From positions 31,744,001 through 31,808,000 of the forward strand of contig NC_073377.1 of NCBI RefSeq assembly GCF_028641065.1: DNA of 64,000 bases, written 5' to 3'. The stretch comes from Leucoraja erinacea (lineage: Eukaryota). This document shows, one piece after another, positions 22,545 through 36,640 of this stretch. The notes beneath the pieces were generated by a model. It searched no databases and was not told the origin of the DNA. It saw only the letters and a program-made list of their open reading frames with translations. Numbering within the stretch: position 1 is the stretch's first letter; every line of letters starts with the position of its first letter. A program made the position numbers and the translations under genes.

Positions 22545-23470
22545 CCACTGAGTGCAAAAGATGCCCTTGTGGTTCCCCTTAATTTCCTCCCATCCCCATA
22601 GTTTTATAATCCTCTATCCGGGGAAAAATATTGCAAGTGTGCACTTTAATCATGCCCCTCATATTCTTGTACACCTCAATAAGGATACACTCATATGCTC
22701 CATAGAAAAATGTTCCAGCCTATCCAACCTCTCCCTATGATTCAAACCCGCAAGGCCAGATATGATCCTGGTGAATATCTTCTGCAACTTTTCCAACTTA
22801 ATGACATCCAAACTATACTTGGTGTTTCTCACAAACAAATTGTACAGCTGCATCATGATGTGCCATCTTTTGTGCTCAATGCCCTTCTCAATCAATCGTC
22901 CCAGTGCCTACATCATCACATTGTTCACTCAATGTTCCACCTTTAGGAAACTGTATCTTTACTCCCAGATCTTTCTGTTCTACAACACTCTCCATGGCTC
23001 TGCCATTACTTGATAAATCCTACCCTGGTTTGACAAACTAGTGCAACACCTCATATTTGTCAGAGTTAAATTCTATAAGCCTTTCCTTTGCTTTAGTCTG
23101 ATCCGCTCCATCCTGTTGTAAACTTAGATATCCTTCCTCACTGTCGACTCTATCACCAATGTTGATGTCATCTGAAAACTTACTGACCATGGTAACTGAA
23201 TTGTCATCCAAATCATTAATGTATATAACAAATAGCAGTGCCACTGTGTGCCCCTTTATCACACAACTCTAATTAAAAAAACAACCTTCCATAATTACCC
23301 TTTGACTCCTTTCTCCAAGGCAATGTTGAATTCAATTAACTAGCTCACCTTGCAATACATGCAATTTAAACTTCCAACTAGCCTACCATGCGGGACTGTA
23401 TCTGAAGCCTTGTTAAAGTCCATTAAGGCAACTATAACGTCCTCTGCCCTGCCCACGTCAATCCTCAATC
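22545..23470 (-). mobile_element. Degraded CR1 ORF2 fragment
   Basis: LLFVIYINDLDD...SKFSDD (23038-23262) and LEKLQKIFTRII (22659-22895). Confidence 0.85.
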
Positions 23471-24132
23471 CATTTTCATGGTGACCGTGCTTCAAGATGG
23501 CCTATTCTTTCCTTACATTGAATTGAATGATTGAATGTGTTCCTTTATTTATCATATCACATTCAGCTGAAAATATTTACATCACAGCTTGTTAGTATGA
23601 GTAATGTGTTAGCATGCTGTCAATATGATGATGAAGGCATCTATGGTATAAGCATGGAATAAACCATCTTTGTAACGGCAATGAAAAGATCAGACGCTGG
23701 AAGTCTGAAATTAAAAAAAAACAAACAGAAAATGGTGGAATACTCAGCAGGTTAGGTAGTATCTGTGGAAAGAGAAACAGAGTTTTATTTCCAGTTATAG
23801 ACCCATCCCTGGTCTGTTTACATGTTTAACCATGTATCAAGTTTCTTATATATTGTGCGCAGTAAACTAAGGTTACCTGGGTTTACTGTCAACATTCTTG
23901 GGTTAGACACTTGTAGAGTCAAGACACATTCTAAGGGTCTCTGTAGAGAATTCAACTCAACTGCAAAGCTGGACATGCCGACCTTTATATGAGATGTGTA
24001 ACCATACATACACCTGGCCTTTTGAAAACATGTAAAAAATCTCAAAATATTATTTGAAAAAGAATAGGTATGGATAGGTATTGGCTTTGCCAATTATCAC
24101 CTTTGCAATAAATTGAAGAATAATATAATGTA

Positions 24133-24915
24133 CTTGACCAAGCGTGGACCCGTTGTGTACCTGTCACACGGAAGTATTACTTCAAAAAGGCGTGGAAACG
24201 GAGGGGGGGGGGGGGGGGTATGGGGAGGGGGGAAAGGGGGGGGGGGGGATGGGGGGGAGGGGGGGGGGGATGTGGGGAGGGGGGAAGGGGGAAGAGGGGT
24301 GTGGGTATGTGGAGCGGGGACGGGGGGGGGGGGGGGGTGTGGGGGGAGGGATTCCACACAGCGGCGGTCCCACCAGCCGCGGCCCCACACAGCACCTCCC
24401 GGCTCCACTCAACGGTTTCCCTGACTCCACACAGCGGCTTCCCCGACTCCACTCAGGGACATCCGCGACTCCACTCAGCGGCTTCCCGACTCCACACAGC
24501 GGCTTCCGCAACTCTTTTCTTGCGAGCGCACTAAGCACGGCTTGCGTACTCAATCAGCATGGCTTGTGGACTCAATCAGTGCGGCTTGTGGACTGAATCA
24601 GCACGGCTCACGGACTCAGCCCAGCCTCCGGGGCTTTATTCTCCTCGCCCCGGTGATTGACAGCAGGTGCCGGAAGAGACATTACCTTCATGGTGACTGA
24701 CAGACGAGAAGACCAATCAGCTAATCTCATGATTTTTTAAACATTCATAACGTTTGTAATATTTCACCGATCGGAACAAAACTTAGTGCGCTTGGAGCAG
24801 AGGAGAATGGTGAGTAAGGAGGCAAAAAGAATCCTAGCGATATACTGTACTGTTTTTGTGCAAATTTAAAAACAACACAAACCGGAAGAGGACAAGATGA
24901 GAGTTTTAGTAATAG

Positions 24916-24921
<6 letters not shown>
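24133..24921 (-). mobile_element. Non-autonomous Helitron with internal 20-21-bp tandem repeats and a G-rich tract
   Basis: Minus 5' tctatcctattactaaaactctcatcttg; 3' caacgggtccacgcttggtcaag|t (CTAG mutated to CAAG); repeats cccgactccacacagcggctt at about 24400-24510; abuts (GACA)n at 24920-24946. Confidence 0.7.
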
Positions 24922-24947
<26 letters not shown>

Positions 24948-25589
24948 TTGTTTTTATTGCAAGATCTTTTTGTGCATGAATTTGTTCCCATATTGTAGAC
25001 AAAATGTCACTACATTTACTTGAAAATGAATTTGTTGTCAATCGAATATTTCAAAGCATCCTAAAGACGTTGAAGCTGTGAGGAAATTCTATGAATAATT
25101 TGCATCCGATTATCTTCATTTTGTTATATTTGTCATGGAAGTCCATTGATTTTGTTATCTGACGCATCCTGAAAGCTTCTTTACCCTTGCCAATTAATGT
25201 TTTGAACTCTCTATTCCAATCCTGTTTGTGTGATTCTTTTTCTACTTCCCTTATTTACCCATGACTTTGTGGGGAATATTTCCTTTCATAAACATCATGA
25301 CAGGGAAATAAAAGTTCCCTCTAACAACCAAGATATCCTCAATTAAAAGCATTGCTTTTGAGCACGTCACTTAAATGCCATGAATTCTAAAATCAATGAT
25401 TTCCTTCTCTACATGGAAAGATGGTATTCAGCCCATCGAGTCTACACACAGGCTCATAGAGCAAATTCATGAGTGAGATGTTGTAGCTCACCTCATGATC
25501 CAGTTTCAGGCAGTGCTTGTTTTCTCCTTCCTTCCCCTCCCTTTCTCAACTCTCCCACTACTTACTGTCTCCGCCTCTTCCTTTCTTCC

Positions 25590-26018
25590 CGCTACCACTC
25601 TCCGAGTAAAGAAGTTCCCCCTCATGTTACCCCTAAACTTCTGTCCCTTAATTCTGAAGTCATGTCCTCTTGTTTGAATCTTCCCTATTCCAAAAGGGAA
25701 AAGCTTGTCCACATCAACTCTGTCTATCCCTCTCATCATTTTAAAGGCCTCTATCAAGTCCCCCCTTAAACTTCTGCGCTTCAGAGAATAAAGACCTAAC
25801 TTATTCAACCTTTCTCTGTAACTTAGTTGTTGAAACCCAGGCAACATTCTAGTAAATCTCCTCTGTAATCTCTCTATTTTGTTGACATCCTTCCTATAAT
25901 TGGGCGACCAAAATTGTACACCATACTCCAGAATTGGCCTCACCAATGCCTTGTACATTTTTAACATTACATCCCAGCTTCTATACTCAATGCTCTGATT
26001 TATAAAGGCTAGCATACC
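25590..26018 (-). mobile_element. Internal fragment of the young CR1 family
   Basis: ORF 25506-26015 is nearly identical to the C-terminal part of the 9915-10976 protein. Confidence 0.95.
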
Positions 26019-27142
26019 TAATTGTTTTTACCCTTTTATTAATGGTATAGTTTCTTTAGTGTGCTTAAGTGTTCTTTATCGATTAATTCATTACTTCTCA
26101 GAGAAAATAATCATATAGTGCAGAAAAGGCCCTTTGGCTCAAATTGTCTATGCTGACCAAGATTCCCCATCTAAGCTAGTCTTCCATCCCGCTGCAATAC
26201 AACACTCCCCAGGCACTACAGTTCACTGTAAGTCAAAATATACTGTAAAATATACTTTAAAGATAAAAATCTTGTCTCATAATTGCCTCTTAAATATATT
26301 TATACTATTGCTGCAATCATTTGAGTTGTAAACTCATTCACACTAATTAATATCACTTCATTTAAATCAGTATTTCCAAAACTTTGGTGCCCTGCGGTTC
26401 TTCACGTTTATAAAAATTATGTTTTTTGGTGAGATGAGAGATGAGGAACATAATGAATGAATTTGATGTCAAATTTTGCCTCTATCCTTATTCTATACAT
26501 CTTACTATTAATTCCTTTGCCTTCCACCATCTTCCACCAACATCTGTATTTTACCAACACCTGCCCTCACTTCTTCAATATTTTTTATAGTTATATTACA
26601 AAAAAAGTTCACTTTTCAATAACACTATTTATGCATTTGAACATGTCTAGTAAACTTGGGTAAAGCAATAACAAAACGTTAATGTCACTATTTTACTCTG
26701 CAGCATTGCACGTGTTACTAATATAAGGGTGAAATAGTCTGAGTTTATACATTCTATGATATTTGCTATTTTCTTATTCAGATCCTATTTTGGATGGTTA
26801 AAAGTTGATTACCTTTATCAAAGCTAGTGAAAGTGTTAACTTGAAGCATTGATTTTGAATTAAACCTCCACAACTGGTGAGAGGAAATGGACGAATAAAC
26901 AATTAAATATGGAGGAGCATATCCTCAACTGCCACCCACAACCTTTCCCTTCCTTGAACAGAAATTGTTAACAGGAAGACATCGATGAGCATGAAATTTA
27001 TGTGAGAGCACATGTTGGAACACATTTTAAAATTCGTGCTGTTACACATTGGGGAATCAGTGACTAGAGGCAGGAATTGCTAGCCCCATGAAGCTTGCAC
27101 CCTTTTCCTATCGTCAATCGAAGAATACTCCTCAACATAAAT

Positions 27143-28070
27143 AAGGTCATAAGGTCAAAAGTGATAGGAGCAGAATTAGACCCATCAAGTCTGCTCCGCC
27201 ATTCAATCATGGCTGATCTATCTCTACCTCCTAATTCCATTCTCCTGCCTTCTCCCCAGAACCCTGATACCATATTAATCAATAATCTATCCATCTCTGC
27301 CTGAAGAATATCCAATAACTCGGCCTCCACTGCCTTCTGTGGCAAAGAATTCCACAGATTCACCACCCTCTGACTAAAGAAATTCGTCCCCATCCCCTTC
27401 CTAAAGGAACATCCTTTAATTCCAAGGCTATGACCTATATTCACCACCCAGAGGAGGGTCTGGGACTACTAGTGGAAACATCCTCTTTACATCCACTCTA
27501 TCTAAGCCTTTGAGTATTCAGTAAGTTTCAATAAGGTCCCCCCCCTCATCTTTCTAAACTCCTGCAAGTACAGACCCAGTGCCATCAACCACTCATCATA
27601 TTTTAACCTACTCATTCCTGGGATCATTCTTGTAAACCTCCCCTGGACCCTCTCCAGAGATATCACAATTCTCCAGCGCTTTATGGAGCCTCTGCATTAC
27701 ATCCCTGCTTTTTGTATTCAAGGCCTCTTGGAATAAATTCTAGCATTGTGTTAACCTTCCTTCATACCAATTTGACTTGCAAATTAAATTTTTGGGGAAT
27801 CCTGCACCAGCACTCCCAAGTCCCTTTGCACCTCCGATTTCTGGATTCTCTCGCCATTTAGAAAATAGTCTACGCCTTTATTCCTACTGCCAAAATGTAT
27901 GACTCCAATGCTTTGCTGTACTATATTCCATCTGCCACTTCTCTACCCACTCTACCAACCTGTCCACGTCTTTCTTCTGAGTCCCTGCTGTTTCTACAAC
28001 TCCTCTTATTTTCATATCATCTGCAAACTTGGCCACGAAGCCTTCAATCCCCTCATCCAAGTCAACCCTC
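27143..28070 (-). mobile_element. CR1 LINE 3' fragment, degraded
   Basis: FFSQRVVNLWNSLPQKAVEA and 3' UTR. Confidence 0.85.
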
Positions 28071-30114
28071 TGGCCTGGTTACTTCCATCTTAATTATCCT
28101 CTCTCCTGCAACCAATTACTCTCTGCCATTGGCTCCCTTGATTAGTAAGGGCATCAAAGGTTACAGGGAGAAGGTAGGAGAATGAAATTGTGAGGAAAAA
28201 ATAGATCAGACACGATCAAATGGTTGAGCAGACTCGGGCTGAAAGGCCAAATTCTGCTCATATTTCTTATGGTCTCTGTAAATCCTCAGCCTGACGTCTC
28301 CCACTGTAATCAACATTTAATCATCTTCACCCCACTAAACCTCTTCCTCCACTGTAATGGCCTTTCTTCTCATTTCATCTGATGATCTCCTTATAATCTC
28401 TTCTTCCCTTATTCTGTCATGTTCTATACTCTCAAGAGCACCTCAACAACCATACTGTCTTTCCACCTGAAGCAATGACGTCTGATTTTTCATCGTTTAG
28501 TCTAGATTATAGACAGCCTGCCCATGAACTGATAAGGTAAAGCCACCTTCAATATGGCTGTCGTATTTTCCTGACAGTTTACCCTGGCTGAAGTATTGAC
28601 CAGCTGCATGGTGGGATACAAATAAAACATTGATAATGAAATCTTGCTATTAAATTTAGCAGGTCATTCATGAGATGTGGGCTTCACAGGCTGAGCCAGT
28701 GTATTATTGCCCTTGAGAAGATGGTAGAGAGCTGCCTTCTTGAACAACTTACATTGCAATTCGATTATTTGACTTTGTGGCCTCTCTAGCATGTTCTCTG
28801 CCTCCTACAAACATCAAACCTGTTAGTCTGTTTGTATCCATAAAGGTGCTGCCTGGTTCTTCTCAGATGACCTGTCTTACATTTTGAATTTGTGCATCCT
28901 GTTTTGAATGTATGTGATAGACATCCTAGCATAATTATTTTTTTAATTTGTACTTTATACCTGGGAATCTTATCGACTAAGGGCAGTCACCACTTTCTAA
29001 TAATGATGAGTAATTAGTAAGAACTGTTGAATTTTTAGTATATTTTTCTCGATTGATTGAGATTCACAACTAAAAGTTGCAATTATATTTTCAGCCCGTT
29101 TTATTTTGTTAGAAACCTGTGCTTACAAATATACAAGCTGCCAACTGCAGTAATATTGTGATATTTTGTTCCCAAAGTGAATTTTGTGAAATTTGTACAG
29201 TTTTACTTTGTATCTAATAATCATATAATTAGAACATGAAAAGGATAGCGGTGGGACAGGGAATTCAGACCACAAAAGCAATGAAAATGTAATCAGCAAG
29301 CAAGCATAAGTGCAAGCTGACGCTCAATTCCGAATGCTGATTGAGTGAGGAGAAATCCAATGCTGATTCTGTATTAACAAGGGGTTAGAGTCTTAATAAA
29401 GTATAGAGGATGGGGCACTTGGCCATTACACAGGTAATGAAAGAAAAATTAGACTCATCCAATTATAGCTCTAAAATCTATAATAATAAAATGTAGCTAA
29501 CTGCCTACAGGAAAATTCTCATCTGAAGCTAATAATCAAGCTCAGCATCCTTTTCCCCTCTACTATAAACAAGTTCTAATTCACAGTCTTCTCTATCTCA
29601 CAGTGCCAAAATAAAATAGCCATAAATCCCATCTAAGCGGACAAAGTGACACACTGGTACAGTAATTATTTGAAACAACCTCAGCGACTCGCTGAAATAA
29701 ATACTGAACGGTGAGAGCTATATATAATGCCCAGTCACCAGATTAACGTCAATAGGCAGCTTCTTGCGAGTGCTTGCTTAGGCTGCACATATGTTACATA
29801 TACGATTGGTCTCAGAGTGATACCTGTAAAATTATAATGTGCGCCTGGTAAACTGCAGTAATACTGCATCACCATAGGCCATGCCAAGCTGAGGCACAAA
29901 ACAACCATACATGTGGATTAGAATTTTTAAAACTCCATGAGTTATTTTCTTATTTCCTCCACAACAGCAAAAAGCTATGAGGTTTTGTTTTGAAATAATG
30001 ATACGTTTTGTTAAGTCATAAAGAAAAGGCCATTTTGTTGACCGAATCACTGACATTGGGCCGCATTTCTTTGCTGGCACCAACACTAACTCTTTTGCCA
30101 CTCACACGATGACC

Positions 30115-30370
30115 ACACTGATCAGCGATCCCCAAACACTAGTACTATCCTACACACTACGGACAATTTACAATCTTTACCAAAGGCAATTAACTTCCAA
30201 ACCTGTACGCTTTTGCAGTGTGGGAGAAAATCGAAACACCCAAAGAAAACTGATGCAGTCTTAGGGAGAATGTACAAACTCCATACAGCCAACACCTATA
30301 CTCAGGATCAAAGCCGGGTGTTTGGCGCTGTAAGGGAGCAACTCTACTGCTGTGCTACTGTGCCACCCAC
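30115..30370 (-). mobile_element. V-SINE, degraded
   Basis: tRNA-like head and V-domain on minus strand. Confidence 0.7.
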
Positions 30371-30749
30371 TGGGTGTACCACTAGTGTGTTTTCTTAAAT
30401 TGATTTTGTCGGATCATGGTGTGGCCAGTCAGGTCACTGTTTATTAGTTTATTATGTTTTATCCTTGAGAACGTTGGTGGTGAGCTTCAATTTTCGGCGT
30501 GATGGTACCCACTATTCGGAGGAGGTTTGATCATTTGGACCCAGTGACTCTCCATGACACCTGCAATTGACATTGATTGGAGATTTCCAGGGAACTCTTT
30601 AACGAAAGAGACATTGCCTGCATTGGTGACCAATGTTGAAGTAAATATCACAGCTCATAAAACTGTTGATAGTGAGTTTCATGCTTTTGTGCAGCTCTCA
30701 CCTTTACCTCCATTTGCCCTCTGTTTACAGTATTCACTCACATACAAGC

Positions 30750-31672
30750 ACTGTTACAAAATTTTGAGATTTTAAAAATGAAGTCTGCAATTTATCCCAT
30801 CAGATAAAGCATAAAAAGAAGTGTAATTTGACACCAAATTCACTTTCATATCTCAAGTATTAAAAAAAAGTTATGGCCATTTTCATACTCAGAAATTAGC
30901 ATCCTGTTCCCTATTGATTTTCTATGGACATAACAAAAAAGCTGTGATCGTGGACAGTTAAAAGCCCATAACTAACTTAAAAATTAAGAGAACTGAATGC
31001 AATTTTCAGTTATCATAGTTTGAAGCATTCTGAAACAAATATAAAACAATCTTACTTGGATGACCTGAAATTAAAGTATATAATTAGTTAATTACCCAAT
31101 TGGAGCTAATTTCAAACTTCAATTATTAGATCTAAACATCTATCTATTTCTTAATAAATGATTAACATTTTTAAATAGCCCAAGTGTCCAAATAATATTC
31201 ACAAATAATTCACAATAAAACATGATTTTTAAATCTCATTTACATCAATTTATAGGCCAAATGGAAGGAATTTAGTGTTCAATTGCTGTAAATTAAAGTC
31301 AATTTAAATCGGCTTTCTAGTGGGTTCCTGTGAACGCGCTGGTTTAGAACGTTCACATTGCGCTGGATTTGAGCATACCTTCTGTTGTCTGTTGTATGAG
31401 ATCCGACCCATTGCTGGCGGTCGCGGGTTTAGAGGTTAATTTTTACACTACTATAACAATTATATAAAGCCCTTAAAAGTAATAATAGCTAAAGCGACGG
31501 AATCTTCCAACGATTTTTCGTTAATAATTAACTAGGCTGAACATCCTCGATTTGAACAGCCTAGGGAAAATCGCATTTTAAACCCCCCCCCCCTCTAAAC
31601 GGCGCCAAAATCGCGCACACGGGCTGGGACAGATTTTCAGCGACGCTTCAGGTACACTTTGCAACATACCTA
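30750..31672. mobile_element. Non-coding DNA-transposon-like insertion with 8-bp TSD and subterminal inverted repeats (Zisupton-like candidate)
   Basis: Direct repeat ATACAAGC at 30742-30749 and 31673-31680; TGTTACAAA (30752-30760) / TTTGCAACA (31658-31666), offset from the ends. Confidence 0.6.
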
Positions 31673-31849
31673 ATACAAGCTGCTTATGTTCTCTCCCTTT
31701 CACTCTCCTGCTCAGTCTTTCTATATTCCCCTGCATCTCTGCCCTATCTCCATGAATCCATCACCACACTATCTCACATACTCGTATCCCAGTTAACAGT
31801 ACTTTTTGTCCTTAATCCTCTCCCTTAATCAACATTTTCAAACTCACAC

Positions 31850-32433
31850 TGTAAATTCCAGTATCCAGACTTAACCCCTTAGTCTGGTTTACTCAAACTC
31901 TAAGTCAAACTCTGGTTCCAAAATCTTTCTTTATTGAAGAACAAACTGCAGGGACAGTTGCTGATCCACACACGCAAGGCAACAATATATTGTGCAAACA
32001 GAACAGAAGTTACATTCAACCGACACACCCCAAATAATTACACCCCCTCTTACACCCCCTCTTATACCCCTCCAAACTAAGGGTGTGAGATTACTGGAGG
32101 GAGGCAACCCCAACAAACCAATCAGACATATTAATTATAACAGTACATAATTGACACTTCCCTAACCCAATAATATAATCCGATATACATTGTATTTGAA
32201 AGAAACTTCTAAAAGGAAGCAAACATAGCAACATGAGCCCTGAGATTCAGACAGTTCCTTAAGGCTCAACAGTTCGACCAATCATCAATTAGCAAAGTAA
32301 AGCTTTGCAACATATTTACAATGTATATTTTTGGTTTGCATTCATCCAATCTATTCCATGCAATTTGCACCTAATTGTCAGGATCTGCAGATGCTCCTTT
32401 GTCTTCCTGCAGCTCTTATCAAGGCTCTAGACA
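31850..32433 (-). mobile_element. Solo LTR-like element related to 1233-1871
   Basis: tgtaaatt...ggctctagaca termini; shared blocks ttccctaacccaataata, agcaaagta, tttgcacctaattg, tctgcagatg. Confidence 0.6.
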
Positions 32434-33239
32434 ACTTTGGGCATGGTGTTAAGGAGGCATTACCATAGTTCTGGGTCTTACATCAGCATAGTAGGTATTG
32501 CTGGTGCCACATAGTTCCAGTGATTTGTGTTGAATGGAATACTGTCTGACCAAAGAACAGAATTATGTGACCCACATTTGCAAATATGTTGTGGCAGTCA
32601 ATTTGATTTAGAACAATAGCTTTTACACAAACTCATCTCTTGAAAACATTTACCAAATGACATATTTTAACATACATGTATGTCAATATTTACTGAAAGA
32701 TTACACACTGCAAGCAATCTCTTTTAACTTTCAAAGCTTCTTTGCTGATGGGATATAATATTGGCAGTTCAACATTGCTGCAGGATCAACAACATGTCTT
32801 TCTTTTCATTTTGTATAGTAGGATCCTGAGAGAGGCAGGGGAGTGAGCAATGAGCCACAGGATTAACATTAGGTTTCAGTTTTGGTTTATTATTGTCATG
32901 TATACTGAAGTACAATGAAAGGCTTTATTTTGCATACTATTGGGCAGGTCTTTGGAGCCATGATTCCAACTGTGCAACCTGGACAACCCAAAATACATAC
33001 CCATTGTCTGCCCTGTTTACAAAAGTGGGAACTATGAATCTTGCCTTTGCAGTAAATAGAGGGATATGGATCCTGTGCAGGCCAATGGGATCAGTTTAAC
33101 TTGGCATCATCTTTGGCACAGGCATTGTGAGCTGAAGGGCCACTTCCTGTACTGAGTTGGTCTATGTTCTATGTTCTATATTCTATGTTTTATGTTCCAT
33201 GTTCTCCAAGTGTCCATAAAGGCTCAATCATAAACCTGA

Positions 33240-33455
33240 GTAGGAAGGAGCTGCAGACGCTGGTTTATACTAAAGATAGCCACAAAAATGCTGGAGTAAC
33301 TCAGCGGGTCAGGCAACATCACAGGAGAAAAGGAATAGATGACATTTCAGTTCAGAACCCTAAAGATGGGTTCTGACCTGAAACTTCACATTATTTGTCT
33401 CCAGAGATGCTGTCTGACCCACTGAGTTACTCCAATTATTTGTGTCTATCTTCAA
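33240..33455. mobile_element. Palindromic Penelope-derived short element
   Basis: Inverted arms gctggagtaactcagcgggtcaggca / tgtctgacccactgagttactcca. Confidence 0.75.
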
Positions 33456-34191
33456 TCATAAAACCGATGGTTTTTAGTCACTGAACACCATTGTGTACCC
33501 AGCACTGCCTCCTCTGTCTGCAGATATACCAGTTGGTACTTTACATTGTGCAGCCAGTTTCACACGGACATAAGCTTCTCCAGTACATCAGTGGCAAGGA
33601 GAGGACCTGCCTTCTAGTAATAAGACAGGTGTCATCATGGGATCATCACGGCAAAGTGACAGGATTTCCACACCTATGTGAAAAATCCCTGAAACCAAGA
33701 AGCAACGGAGATGATTATAAGCTTCCTTTGCATCCAGTTATTTTATTCCCTTAAAATCAGTGGTTCCTTTATGCACTACTCACTGTAGATTCTTCTCGCA
33801 TTTCATGTTCCCCTGTCCCCTACCAGTATACAACCAAGATGAGTTAACCAAATTCATCGGAGTACAAATGTCACTTTAATGCAGAGGGTGAATACCCAGG
33901 TAAGTGGATGTAACATTCATGTGCTGCAAAAGTATGGTGTTTCTCTTCTGTGTAATGCTGATCCATTTTTCACAGAAGCTTCTGATAGTCATTCTGAAGA
34001 GGAGCAATGAGAATAGTTCCAAGAAGGCAATCGAGGGATCAGGTCGCAAACTTACATGTCCCTACTTGGTAACTATTTAAAGTCTGGCATCTGGACAATC
34101 ACGGTAATGCTGCCAATGGCAGTCTAATATCTACAGACTCCTTTAGCATGATTTAATGTTAGCAACAATAGGTGGACTCATGCAGATGATT

Positions 34192-34622
34192 CATAAATTC
34201 ATGAATTATATGAGCAGAATTCTGTCATTTAGCCCATCAAGACTACTCTTCCATCCAATCATGGCTGATTTATCTTTCCCTCTCAACCCCTTTATCCTGC
34301 CTTCTCCCCATAACCCCTGATACCCATACTAATCAAGAATCTATCAATCTCCGTCTTAAAAATACAATTGACATTGGCCTCCACAACTTTTTACGGCAAT
34401 GCAGAATTCCACAGATTCACCATCCTCTAACAAAATAAATTATTCCTAATTTCCTTTCTAAATAGATATCCTTTAATTCTGAGGCTTTAGGCTCTGTTCC
34501 TGGAATCTTCCACTACTGGAAGCATCCTCATCAAATCCTCATCACATCCACTCTGTTGAGGCCTTCCACTGTTCAGTAAGTTTCAATGAGGTCCAGCCAG
34601 TACAGACCCAGTGCCATCAAAT
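34192..34622 (-). mobile_element. CR1 3' fragment
   Basis: Homologous to 27143-27590. Confidence 0.8.
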
Positions 34623-35784
34623 GGTTCAAATCCAAAAAGTGTCAAATCCAAGTAATGGATTGGCAGTCACATATACTTCAAAATTGTAAGATTATGTATC
34701 TACAGTATAACTTTAATCCATATATGTGGGGTGGGGGGTGAGTAAATGTGGTGAGATTCCTTTGAAAATGCAAGAGTACTTTCAATATTACACTGACAAC
34801 ACAATATGTCAAACACAGAAAGCTAACCAAGCTTCAGGCCTTGCTTTCCTAGAAATGTCTCTTAGTTAAAATTCACTATTGGGAGAAGAATCGCAGAAGG
34901 GCTGAGACAGATAGAAATAATTGAAGGGCATCATTGCCCAGTTCCAATGTTGTTTTTAACTTTATGGGAGCAATAGTACTTGAGTGTGACTGTCAAAGTA
35001 TGATGTTAGGTTTGCAATGGTAAAGATGGATGTACTAAATGGAGTGCAGTGTCAAAGGATTGGTTCTCATTTCAAAGAAGACCAAAAGGCTAATTAGTGC
35101 ATGTCTTAATCATGAAAGGATGACCATTTGAGGCTGCTTCCTAAGTATTCAAGAGGAGTTAATTAAGCACATTTTGACCTCATTGAGTAACCCTACCTTT
35201 TAATATGGTTCTGGTGCTAAATATCCATTCATGTATTTGACTGTAAGTGTTCTTAAATAGGCCATTTGATCAGGACATGTACGATTTGTAAATGGGAAAA
35301 GCTGTTGGCCATAAAGGCATTTAGCCTCTGAGATTAATTCAAGATGCTGTAGTAGTGTTAGGTTAGGAAAGTGAGAATAATGAATAGCATTCACTTTTTT
35401 TTCCAGTGCTTCATGATCATGACAACAAGACCACTCAATTTGATCTGTGCTTCAAAGTAAACTGTTAATACAATGACTGACTGAAACAGAGAATGAAACT
35501 GGGAGTTTACTGTTTAGCCAACTGTTCAAGGGAGAGAAAGTTTGCAATCATTTCAGGCTTAGTAATTTTCTGGAAATATTGCTGTTTGCAATATGGCTGT
35601 GATATAAATGTGCAATAATTTTGTCGTGCTGAAAATTTCCTTTAACACAGTTTTAGCTTAAATGATCCTGCTAGAGTACCTCCGAGAATGAGTATGATAA
35701 AAAGGGATGATGTTTCTCATTTTATGAGAAGCTTTTCATGATCCATTGCTGCCCTTCAGCACGTACAGAAAGGTGTTAGAGGGT

Positions 35785-36640
35785 CATAGGATCATATAGC
35801 ATGAAAACAGACCACCCAGCCCAACTCATTCATGCTGACCAGAAGGTCATCATCCATATTCATTATATCTCCCAGCCCCTAGTCCATAGCTTTCCATGCC
35901 AATGTGCCAGACACTTCTGGCATGATGTCAGTGACCCAGATTCAATCACTCTCTCAGGCAAGGCAATCTTGCCATTCTGTGGGTGCAAAACATCCTTCTT
36001 AAATCCCCTCTCTTAAGTCTGTGTCCTCTAGTGTATCTACATTTAATAAAGGGAAAGGTTCCTGGCAGTATACCCTATCCATACTACTCATAATTTGACC
36101 TATCTCAATCAAGTTCCTTGTTCTCTTCTAGGCCTAGCTTTACCAGACTTTCTGCAAAACTGACCTGCTCTATCCCAAGCAACACCCTTCTTAGAGCATA
36201 ACAATCATAACGTTACACAGCCCACTAGTTAAGTTCTGACTAAAGTTATACAAAACTGGAGCATTACCTCCATACTCCCCTCTATTTGATACCTTGCTTA
36301 CTGAAGGTATCCCATTGCCTTCCTAACCACAGTATCTATTTGTGTTGCCATCTTCAAGGATCTATGGACGTACTCCAAGGTCCCTCTGTCCATCAGTACT
36401 TCCAAAGTCCTACCATTCATGGTGTATGGTTTTGCCTTATTAGTACTGTCAAAGTGCATCAACTCATAATTGTCTGGATTAAGCTCCTCCTCCCATTTGG
36501 CAGCTCATTTCACCAACACACCAAAGCTCTGAAGCCTAATACTACCTTTCACACAGTCGGTGATTCCGCCAATCTTTGTGTCACGACTAACTTATTGATC
36601 ATGGCTCCCACATCTATATCCAAGCTGATGTAAACTGACC
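35785..36640 (-). mobile_element. Old, heavily degraded CR1 fragment
   Basis: Residual similarity to the CR1 ORF2 3' half and UTR. Confidence 0.55.

Noticed and set aside
24097-24596. Six overlapping Gly/Pro-rich ORFs
   Set aside because: Artefacts of poly-G/C low complexity inside a Helitron
33480-34150. Possible ancient LINE RT remnant on the minus strand (also about 600-1050)
   Set aside because: Only faint motifs (YLGI-like); too decayed to assign by eye
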